Assembly: GCA_963756875.1 (NCBI GenBank)
Contig: CAVWPA010000001.1
Location: forward strand, 352,001-416,000
DNA length: 64,000 nt
DNA from: an uncultured Verrucomicrobiae bacterium
GTDB taxonomy: Bacteria; Verrucomicrobiota; Verrucomicrobiia; Chthoniobacterales; UBA10450
Reading direction: 5' to 3'
Shown: piece by piece, positions 29,001 through 36,378 of the stretch
Position numbering within the stretch: the first letter of the stretch is position 1
Layout: each line of letters starts with the position of its first letter
Made by a program: the position numbers and the translations under genes
Notes under the pieces: generated by a model
Databases searched by the model: none
Told to the model about the DNA's origin: nothing
The model's input: the letters and a program-made list of their open reading frames with translations, nothing else

Positions 29001-29334
29001 GGTGGTCTCGGTCGCCCCTTTTCCCTTGCAGGTTCACGAGGGAGATAGCGCCACTTTCTATATCTTTCTTAGCAAGGATAGACCCTGTCAGCCCATCACG
29101 GTTCGCTATTCCATGAGTGGCAAAGCCAAGCTGGGGGTGGATTACACACTGAGCACTACTTCCGGCCAATTCACCATCCCAGCTGGTGAGTCCTTCGCCA
29201 CCGTGATCTTGCACGCCTTGGAGGACAATAAAAAGAAAGAGAAGAACGAGAGAGCAACCCTCACCCTTGAGAAAGGATCAGGGTATAAGCTGGCAAATCC
29301 AAAAAAGGCGACGGTCTCCATTATCGACGACTAG
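26092..29334 (+). CDS. Large secreted Gly/Asn/Thr-rich beta-helix-like repeat protein with Pro-Thr linker and Calx-beta-like C-terminal domain
   Basis: Signal peptide; ~200-aa units starting at 26494, 27118, 27718, 28327; IAPGLSPGQL; (PT)n; VHEGDSATF..SGKAKLGVDY..IPAGES..ATVSIIDD. Confidence 0.8.
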   Translation: MKTNMLSRTAVAILALYGFGLASATAQEVTATFTNSFGDGVWERDAHIGVIGNPGDPSTPGNWDTGAYPTNHHYITDPNTGNKVPNNDPLYDALVGMNGCSLGAGVQVLTATVVNGVTLNIVPHGDLGIAGANGITNNGTITVNPTAAPTPAGIQFFADSQITGAGTITLNGINSRAANYPGRPDAFIANDNGNTGGGHTVTHGANHLIHGRGDISTDDNAATWINNGTIDADVTGGLLRMYFSSNANQNNNLLEATNGGTLYIEDGVLNQAVAASIFAADGSYVQLGNVTLANNHFRLNGGILDTAGSGLIEANSLDADGIINNGAVELLPGDHIRVFSGGITNNGTILINTTAASTHTTVQFLNNAQFDGSGSIELNGINSSDALLTNSNGNTGGGQNITNGANHLIHGRGDLDASDNPGVFVNNGTINADVDGDQLRVFFYNGAGSENNGTMEATNGGTLFFETGSVDQSGGGILFAGDNSLVQLGSVSQNRVLSVTGGTFNTAGTGIIDASDLGVDGCTNSGAMEMLPGDFMDVHSNGLTNNGTIVVNTTAASTNTGIRFAVITQIAGTGSIQLNGISSSNAYMYSGNGNSGSGVPVTNGASHTIHGRGDISFDTGGAVLVNNGTFNADVANGDTLRVFLTNDSRNQNNSLMEATNGGTLFFENGRLDQSGGGAIFADAGSTVLLGNSGFANNVYLLTGGNLSTASDGVIEGITTSFAGDITNGGTFEIPSNDRTYIVATTLTDNGTMTVDDNTALLRFDQNNTAIGGNGSIVLNNGGIMRISGGQTVTNGSNHTLKGNGTLDIQGALTNNGIIAPGLSPGQLNFNGALNLASTSNLSFEIAGTGQGTTYDLLNKTDGGTFTLNGNLTVRLINGFIPANGDIFTIVTTQQILAGAFTNVANGARLNTADGGGSFQVTYNVLNDPVASRNVTLSNFQPTATPTPTPTPTPTPTPTPTPTPPPCGPNVVVSVAPFPLQVHEGDSATFYIFLSKDRPCQPITVRYSMSGKAKLGVDYTLSTTSGQFTIPAGESFATVILHALEDNKKKEKNERATLTLEKGSGYKLANPKKATVSIIDD

Positions 29335-29474
29335 CAGCGCCCGGGCTGATTCGCTGAAATCGCAAGGGAGAGCGACGGGGCGAATCGAGCGTCCCGATCG
29401 TATTTTTCCCTTCCATTGCTCTGGCGGACTTGGCACGCTTTGTTGGTTTGATTCACGTAACTCTGTGATTCCAC

Positions 29475-29972
29475 ATGGCGCGACACGCTTTGCTGCGAAA
29501 GAAGCGATGGAAGCAAAAAATACGGCGCTTCATTTTTCTTCTGGCGCTTGCTGGCGCCCTTTCCGGTTGTTCGCGAAGCACTCCATCGAGGCTGGTCGAA
29601 ATCACCGGAAATGACGACATGAAGTTCGATGTCACGAGTTTTCAGGTGAAACCGGGCGAATCAATGACCGTGACGATGACAAATATCGGCCGGTTGCCCA
29701 AGGCGGCGATGGCGCATGATTGGGTGTTGCTCAAAAAGGGAACGGACGCCGCCAAGTTTGCCGAGGCTGGAGAACGGCATCCGGAAAGCGATTACATCGC
29801 ACCGGATCAATCCGACCACGTGCTGGTGAGGACCAGGCTACTGGGTCCGGGAGAATCGGACAGCGTTACTTTTACCGCGGCCAATGAACCCGGTTCGTAC
29901 GAATATATTTGCACGTTCCCTGAGCATTACTCTCGCGGGATGAAAGGCGTCATGACAGTAGTTCCGAAATGA
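29475..29972 (+). CDS. Azurin/auracyanin-like blue copper lipoprotein
   Basis: Lipobox LSGC; GNDDMKFD, MAHDWVL, YICTFPEH...M type-1 Cu ligands. Confidence 0.88.
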   Translation: MARHALLRKKRWKQKIRRFIFLLALAGALSGCSRSTPSRLVEITGNDDMKFDVTSFQVKPGESMTVTMTNIGRLPKAAMAHDWVLLKKGTDAAKFAEAGERHPESDYIAPDQSDHVLVRTRLLGPGESDSVTFTAANEPGSYEYICTFPEHYSRGMKGVMTVVPK

Positions 29973-30103
29973 CAGACCCAGGCAAACCGGAAAACGAGGG
30001 AAGGTTCTTTCCCAGCGGCGCAATTTTTTTCTTTGTGCTTCTGCTTCTGCTCTATGCGGGGATCTGGCTTGTCATTTACTCGCTGATGGTCGCGCGAAGC
30101 TGA
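29969..30103 (+). CDS. ba3-type oxidase small subunit IIa (CbaD-like), 44 aa; not in the ORF track
   Basis: MTDPGKPENEGRFFPSGAIFFFVLLLLLYAGIWLVIYSLMVARS*; ATGA overlap with the cupredoxin stop, ends 3 nt before subunit II. Confidence 0.8.
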   Translation: MTDPGKPENEGRFFPSGAIFFFVLLLLLYAGIWLVIYSLMVARS

Positions 30104-30106
30104 GGA

Positions 30107-30886
30107 ATGATAACCATTACCCAACTGGAAAAGCGGATCATCCTGGTCTCGCTGGCTTTTGTGCTGGTGCTCCTTGGTCTCGCGGCCCTGGCTATCAATA
30201 TCTTTCACGTCGGCCTGCCGACGTGCCTGACTGACGTCAAGCCTTTCCAAAAAGGCGAGCTGATCATACATTCACCGACCCATTACGAACTGCACTATGT
30301 CGCGCGAATGTGGAAATTCGAGCCCGAGAACGTGACGGTGCCGGCCGGCTCGACAGTCGATATCTATCTAAGCGCGGCGGACGTGACCCACGGCATGATT
30401 CTGCTGGGGACCGATCTGAATCTGATGGCTGTTCCTGGTGTGGTGAATTATGCGCGCGTCAAGTTCGACCAGCCGCACACCTATCAACTGCTTTGTCACG
30501 AATTCTGCGGGACTGGTCATCAATCCATGGCCGCAAATCTGCGCGTGGTAGATATGGAGACGTTTCACAAAATGCGGTTCAAGCCGCAGCCGGCGGCACC
30601 GCCGACCGAGCAGCCGGCTCTTCACCTGCTCGACGAGAAGGGTTGCACGGCCTGTCATTCGCTTGATGGCGAGGCCGGCATCGGTCCCACCTTTAAAGGG
30701 ATGTACGGGCGAACTGAGAAGATGAGCGACGGCTCGGAAGTTAAGGTCGATGACAGTTACATTCGCGAATCAATCGTTAATCCCGATGCGAAGATTGTAG
30801 CCGGATTTGATCCGCTCATGCCCAAGCCCAAGCTCACCGACAAAGAGGTCAAGGAAATGGTCGATTACCTGGAAACGGTTAAATGA
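30107..30886 (+). CDS. cbaB: Heme-copper oxidase subunit II (B-family, single TM) fused to a C-terminal cytochrome c
   Basis: CuA ligands DVTHG and CHEFCGTGHQSM; CTACH heme-c motif, GPTFKG, YIRESIVNP, distal Met. Confidence 0.88.
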   Translation: MITITQLEKRIILVSLAFVLVLLGLAALAINIFHVGLPTCLTDVKPFQKGELIIHSPTHYELHYVARMWKFEPENVTVPAGSTVDIYLSAADVTHGMILLGTDLNLMAVPGVVNYARVKFDQPHTYQLLCHEFCGTGHQSMAANLRVVDMETFHKMRFKPQPAAPPTEQPALHLLDEKGCTACHSLDGEAGIGPTFKGMYGRTEKMSDGSEVKVDDSYIRESIVNPDAKIVAGFDPLMPKPKLTDKEVKEMVDYLETVK

Positions 30887-30892
30887 CAGCCG

Positions 30893-32600
30893 ATGCAACT
30901 GCCTAACGAACACGCGATCGAAATCGAGCCGGGCCTCAGGAAGATGATCCTGATCGAGATTATCTTTCCCATGATCCTTCTGATCCTCGGGATCTATCAC
31001 GGTTTGATGCAGGTGCTTTACCGCAGCGGGGTGCTTCACAGCGCGAAGTTTCTCGGAATTGGATATTACCAGGGGTTGACGCTGCACGGTGTCGTCAATG
31101 CAATCGTTTTTACGACGTTCTTCGCGGTCGCCTTCGGCTACGCGGTGATCCGCTACTATCTGGGACGGCCGCTCAACATGAAGGTCGCATGGCTTTCCTT
31201 CACGCTCATGGTTGTCGGAACGCTGCTTGCGGCCGCGGCCATTCTCTCCGGACAGGCGACTGTTCTATACACTTTCTATCCGCCTCTGCGCGCTCACCCC
31301 GCTTTTTATGTCGGTCTGGTGCTGGTTGTTGTCGGTTCCTGGTTTGCATTCTTCAACTGGTTGCCACCGTACTTCGCATGGAAACGCGAGCACCCGGGCG
31401 AGAAGGTACCGCTCGGTGTCGTCGGCATTTTCGCGACGTTTATTGTCTGGCTGATCGCAACCACGCCGGTCGCAATAGAGATCATCTTCCTGCTGATCCC
31501 ATGGTCGATGGGTTGGGTTGCCACCGTAAACGTCCCGCTTGCGCGGATGCTCTTCTGGTTCTTCGGCCATCCGCTCGTCTATTTCTGGCTGCTGCCGGCC
31601 TATGTCATGTATTACACAATGCTGCCGAAACTTTCCGGTGGAAAATTCTATATCCGATTTTGCGGGGAGACTGACATTTCTATGGCTGGTCCTTTACTCC
31701 GCGCCCGTCGGAATTCATCATCAATTCACCGAGCCGGGGATCAGCAGCACCTGGAAATTTGTGCACGCCTTTTTCACGATGCTGGTGGCGGTCCCAAGTT
31801 TTGCCACGGCTTTTACAATGGCCGCATCGATGGAGCATGGCGCGCGTCTCCGGGGCGGTCGCGGGTTGATCGGATGGTGGACCAAGCTTCCTTATCTCGA
31901 TACCGACCGCTGGCTGTTCTCGTACCTTTTCTCCGGACTCGTCATTTTCATCTTTGGCGGGATCACCGGAATCATTAACGCCTCTTACAACCTGGACGTT
32001 GTAGTGCACAATACTTCCTGGCTGCCGGCGCATTTTCACCAAACGATCGCCGGCCCGGTGTTTCTTGCCTACATCGGCATGAGTCTGTTTCTGGTCGCGA
32101 AACTCACAGGCAAAGAAATCAGGTTTAAAAAGTTCAACGTTTGGGTGCCGTACATTTGGACGCTCGGGATCATGATCTTTTCCACCGGCCTGTTTATCGG
32201 AGGAGCGAGCGGCGAACCGCGTCGCACGAACATGGGGCTGACCTACACGAATCCGCAATCGCATCTCTATCACGCCGACTGGGGCACCGCCAGGGTGCTT
32301 GGTAGCCTTGGCGGAATCATTATGACCATCGCCGCGCTCGTTTATTTTGTCGTTTTCTTCGCGACACTTTTCCGTAAGCCGGCCAGGCGGGGCGCGCTGG
32401 AGCTGATCGTGTCCGAGCCTTATCACGACGAACGAGTTCCAGCGGTGCAAAGTTTCACTCCGTGGCTGGTTGGCGCCTTTCTTTTGCTGGCGATTGCGTA
32501 CGCGCCGCCGATCACACAAACAATTCGAAGTCATTTTCCCGGCGCACCCGCGTATTCGCCGGACAGTCCATTGCCGATCAAGATCTCGCCAGGCCCATGA
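30893..32600 (+). CDS. cbaA: Heme-copper oxidase subunit I, B-family (ba3-type), split by a +1 frameshift near 31645-31653
   Basis: YYQGLTLHGV, LYTFYPPL, FWFFGHPLVYFW, GIHHQF, HNTSWLPAHFH, PRR. Confidence 0.9.
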
Positions 32601-33331
32601 CGCTGCGTGTGAGAGCACTATTCCTGGTTCTGACCCTGGCCATGGGGGTGCCGGCCGGTCTCTTCGGAGGCGTCGTCGAAACTGTTGCGCCGCAACGCGG
32701 GCAACCGGTTGCGTCGATCAAGTGGACCGACGAAACCGGCCGCGTTCGCCCGTTGTCGGATTTTGCGGGTTATCCCGTGATCCTGCTGCCGATTTATACA
32801 CGCTGCCGCAGCGCCTGTATCGCGAATGTAGATCAACTGAAAAAGGCGATGGCAGATTCTTCGGCGGATCCGAAGGAATTTCGCGTGCTGCTGTTTTCGT
32901 TCGACGCAACGGACACTCCATCGATTCTGGCCGATTATCGCGTGCGCGAGAGCATTCCGCTTGGGTGGTCCGTGGGGACTGCTTCTCAGGCGGACATCGA
33001 CGCGCTTCTCGAATCGATCGGCTTTCAATACGGCAAGGCAGGAATGGAGTTCATGCACCCGAACGTTCTCGTCGTTCTCGATTCGAACCTGCGAATCGCG
33101 AAATGGATTTATGGGAGCAGTTATTCCACGCGCGATATCGATGCGGCGTTGAAGGTCGCCGCGGGCGAGAGCGACTGGATCGGCCGGCACTCGGATTTGC
33201 TATATGCGCTGTTGCTCTTTGCGGCGTCCATTCTTTGCGTCGCGCTTTGCTACCACGTGCTTCAACTCAATTTGATGCGGCGAGCAAGCCGTGCCGGCGC
33301 CGCAGATCAATCTGTCGCGGTTCGTCCGTAA
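32597..33331 (+). CDS. SCO/SenC-family copper chaperone
   Basis: YTRCRSAC (CxxxC), FSFD..DT, conserved His in FMHP; ATGA overlap with cbaA. Confidence 0.85.
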   Translation: MTLRVRALFLVLTLAMGVPAGLFGGVVETVAPQRGQPVASIKWTDETGRVRPLSDFAGYPVILLPIYTRCRSACIANVDQLKKAMADSSADPKEFRVLLFSFDATDTPSILADYRVRESIPLGWSVGTASQADIDALLESIGFQYGKAGMEFMHPNVLVVLDSNLRIAKWIYGSSYSTRDIDAALKVAAGESDWIGRHSDLLYALLLFAASILCVALCYHVLQLNLMRRASRAGAADQSVAVRP

Positions 33332-33390
33332 GGAAACAACGTCTCCAGCTCGAATCGCTTTTCGGGCGCTTCCAATCTAGTTTCGTTTTC

Positions 33391-34353
33391 GTGTCATCCC
33401 ATCTTCCATCCGAGCAAACTGCGGGCGGCGAATTTCGACGACAGGAAGACGCGTTTCGCGAGTGGGTAACCAACGACGGATCGACGCGTTATCCGGCGGC
33501 TGCCAATCGTTATCACCTTTACGTCTCGCTTGCCTGCCCGTGGGCGAGCCGCACGGTTATTTTTCGAAAGTTAAAAGGGCTCGAAGACGCGATCGGCATG
33601 ACGATTGTCGATCCAATCCGTGACAACAAAGGATGGGCCTTTCGTGATCCCACCGGAAAGACGCCGCTCGACGCACCGTTTCAGTCAACCGATCCCATCA
33701 ATGGTTTCTATTTTTTGAGCGAAGCATATCGGGCAACTGATCCAGGGTACAAAGCGCGCGTGACCGTGCCTGTGCTTTGGGACAAGAAAACCCAAAAGAT
33801 TGTGAACAATTGTGAGGACGACATTTGCCGCATGTTCAACGATGCATTCGGCGGCCTCGCCAAAAACCAGGATGTTAATCTTTTCCCGAAAGCGATCGAA
33901 GCGGAGCACAACAAGCTGAACGCTTTCCTTCACGACAACATTAACAACGGCGTTTACGAGGCGGGCTTCGCAACGCGCCAGCGGGCCTACGAAATTTCCT
34001 GTCAAAGACTTTTCGATGCGCTCGATGAAATGGAAAAGCGACTGGTGAAAAGCCGTTATCTTTCTGGCAACCGTATCGTCGAGGCCGACTGGCGCCTTTT
34101 CTGCACGCTAATCCGGTTCGATGTCGTTTATTACATCCACTTTAAATGCAGCGTCCGGCGTGTCGTCGATTACCCGAACCTGCAGGGTTACCTGATGGAT
34201 CTATATCAGCAGCCCGGCATCGCCGAGACAGTCAACTTCGACCACATCAAACGTCATTACTACATGACGCACGAAGAAATTAATCCCACGCGCATCGTCC
34301 CGCTCGGACCGGTGCTCGATCTCATGCGGCCGCACGGGCGCGAAAAATTGTAA
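33391..34353 (+). CDS. Glutathionyl-hydroquinone reductase (GST Xi/omega-like, YqjG family)
   Basis: RYHLYVSLACPWA, RVTVPVLWD, INNGVY, TLIRFD, HIKRHYY, NPTRIVP; GTG start 33391. Confidence 0.92.
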   Translation: MSSHLPSEQTAGGEFRRQEDAFREWVTNDGSTRYPAAANRYHLYVSLACPWASRTVIFRKLKGLEDAIGMTIVDPIRDNKGWAFRDPTGKTPLDAPFQSTDPINGFYFLSEAYRATDPGYKARVTVPVLWDKKTQKIVNNCEDDICRMFNDAFGGLAKNQDVNLFPKAIEAEHNKLNAFLHDNINNGVYEAGFATRQRAYEISCQRLFDALDEMEKRLVKSRYLSGNRIVEADWRLFCTLIRFDVVYYIHFKCSVRRVVDYPNLQGYLMDLYQQPGIAETVNFDHIKRHYYMTHEEINPTRIVPLGPVLDLMRPHGREKL

Positions 34354-34491
34354 GGCGTTTCTACCGAAGCCGGCGGAACACAAATAAGAACAACGACTGG
34401 CCCTCGTTATGCTGCAAAATCGACAGTAGACGGAAACCGGATTCGGGTAGAACTTCTCTCCGCGCACGCGGGGCGAATTCCGGATTTTCAA

Positions 34492-34887
34492 ATGAGTGAC
34501 GATCAAACAGAGGCTTTTCCGCGGCGTAGCAAGAGCTTGCGTATTCTGGTTGTCGAAGATCATGCCGATACATTGCGAGTATTGGCCAGGTTGCTCGATC
34601 ACTTCGGTCACAAGATTTCGACCGCCGATTCTAAGCAGAGCGCGTTTCAGTTTTTGGAATTAAAAGATTTCGACGTTGTCTTGAGCGATATCGGCTTGCC
34701 GGATGGCAGCGGCTACGACGTTGTTTCGCAGGCGAAACGAAAGCAAGCGGTCAAAGCTGTTGCTCTGAGCGGATTTGATCGCGAGGAAGACATTCAGCGT
34801 GGCAAAGAGGCCGGATTCGATTTCCATCTCTCCAAACCGATCGATTTCCAGGAACTGCGGACCGTTTTGGATCAAGTCGGCGCATAA
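34492..34887 (+). CDS. Single-domain response regulator (receiver)
   Basis: ILVVEDH, DVVLSDIGLPDGSG, ALSG, GFDFHLSKP. Confidence 0.92.
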   Translation: MSDDQTEAFPRRSKSLRILVVEDHADTLRVLARLLDHFGHKISTADSKQSAFQFLELKDFDVVLSDIGLPDGSGYDVVSQAKRKQAVKAVALSGFDREEDIQRGKEAGFDFHLSKPIDFQELRTVLDQVGA

Positions 34888-34985
34888 TCCCCCCAGTTTT
34901 ACGAAGGCGGATCTGTCACGCCGTAGCCTTGGCGAAGGCGGATCGATTTCCAGGAACTGCGGACCGTTTTAGATCAAGTCGGCGC
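34839..34985 (+). repeat. 45-bp direct duplication of the response-regulator 3' end enclosing a 57-bp insert with the CTGYCACGCCGNAG..GAAGGCGG motif
   Basis: 34839-34883 equals 34941-34985 with 1 mismatch. Confidence 0.9.
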
Positions 34986-35018
34986 GTGATGGATCGCGGG
35001 CGTCGCCCGTCTTTCTTT

Positions 35019-35081
35019 TGTGGAGGCACGCGTGTCGCGTGCGGACCCGGTAACGTCGCAGCCGACACGGCTGCCTCTACA
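35019..35081. repeat. GTAG-type REP doublet
   Basis: tgtggaggcacgcgtgtcgcgtgc ... gcagccgacacggctgcctctaca; related to 1889-1950; holds the aminotransferase TAG. Confidence 0.8.
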
Positions 35082-36162
35082 GGCGAGCTAATTCGTCGAG
35101 AGCCCGGCCTAGATTTTCGATTCCGATCGCAAACATCTTCGGCTCGCAACAGATGCCGATGCGAATGTGGCTTGGCGATTCAAAAAATCGCCCCGGCACA
35201 ACGGCTGTTTCATATTTCTCAAGCAGTAAGTCGCAAAGTTTCTCAGCTGTAGCAGTCTGCACACGCGGAAAGCACGTGGTGCCGGAATCGGTGCGCACCG
35301 CCTCAAGATCGTCGCGCGCGTCGAGAAACTGATCGAGAACCGAGCGATTGCTTTCCAAAATCTTTTTTGCGCGCGCTGCAATTTTCGGCAACTCTGCCAA
35401 AGCGACGACGCTGAGCCGTTCGATTGGATGCGGGCCGACTGCGCCGAAGATATCGTCGAGGCGACGCATTCGCTCAGCAAGATCGGGCTCGGCCAGGATC
35501 CAGCCGCAGCGCACTCCGCTTAGTCCGTAGCCTTTCGTAAGACTGCTGGTAGCGACAAACTCCGGTCCGAGAAGTGCCGATGAACGCAGCGCATTTTCGA
35601 ACATCGCTTCGAGATAAACTTCATCCACCATGACTCGCGCTCCCACGTCCCGCGCCAGATCGCCAATCTTTCGCAGCGTCCCCTCGTCGACCGGCACACT
35701 GCTTGGATTGTGCAGGTTTGTTAGCACAATCAGGCGCGTGCGGGGCGTGATCTGTTTCGCGAGGTCGTCGATTTCGATCTTGTAGCTATTCTCAAAGTTT
35801 CTCGGGTACCGTTTGATTTCTGTGCCGAGATATTCGGCAACGGCGAGAATTGGCTCATAGGTCGGCTGTTCGATTAGAACTTCGTCGCCGTGTTCCAACA
35901 GTGCCGCCATGGCGAGGTGGTTGGCCATTGAAGCGCCCCCCGAGATTGTTACCACGGATTGGGAAGAGATGTGGCAATGTTTGGCCAGTGCATCGACCAG
36001 CGGTCTGTAGCCATAGGCGTTGTCGCCATGCAGCTCCAAATCGGCCAGTTTTACGTCAAGCTCCGCGAACGGCAGATTGAGAATGCCGCTCAAGGCCAGA
36101 TCGTATTTCACCTTCGGGCGCGTCTTCGCCCAATGCATGAAGATCGATTCCTTATTCGACAT
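35077..36162 (-). CDS. PLP-dependent aminotransferase class I/II
   Basis: TNLHNPS, VDEVY, SSLTKGYGLSGVRCGW, VVPGRFF, HIRIG. Confidence 0.9.
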   Translation of the reverse strand: MSNKESIFMHWAKTRPKVKYDLALSGILNLPFAELDVKLADLELHGDNAYGYRPLVDALAKHCHISSQSVVTISGGASMANHLAMAALLEHGDEVLIEQPTYEPILAVAEYLGTEIKRYPRNFENSYKIEIDDLAKQITPRTRLIVLTNLHNPSSVPVDEGTLRKIGDLARDVGARVMVDEVYLEAMFENALRSSALLGPEFVATSSLTKGYGLSGVRCGWILAEPDLAERMRRLDDIFGAVGPHPIERLSVVALAELPKIAARAKKILESNRSVLDQFLDARDDLEAVRTDSGTTCFPRVQTATAEKLCDLLLEKYETAVVPGRFFESPSHIRIGICCEPKMFAIGIENLGRALDELARL

Positions 36163-36186
36163 CAGGTCTATTGAAGGATCACTGCC

Positions 36187-36280
36187 TGTCATGTCGAGCG
36201 AAGTCGAGACATCTCTTACTGCTCATCTGCGCTTGTAGAAGACAACAACGAGAGATTCCTCGACTTCGCTCGGAATGACA
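36187..36280. repeat. MITE/REPIN-like palindrome with 29-bp imperfect inverted arms
   Basis: tgtcatgtcgagcgaagtcgagacatctc versus reverse complement tgtcattccgagcgaagtcgaggaatctc (4 mismatches). Confidence 0.8.
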
Positions 36281-36378
36281 TAGCCGCCAACCGGCGCTTC
36301 GCCATTGAAAACTCATCAGCGGGAATTTTGATGCGACGATCTCACTGTCGGACAATTGGGTCAGAAGTGTTGACTGCT

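Noticed and set aside
32470..33390. Apparent 307-aa N-terminal extension of the GST-like ORF
   Set aside because: It overlaps cbaA and SCO in another frame and is Arg-rich noise; the recognisable protein starts at GTG 33391.
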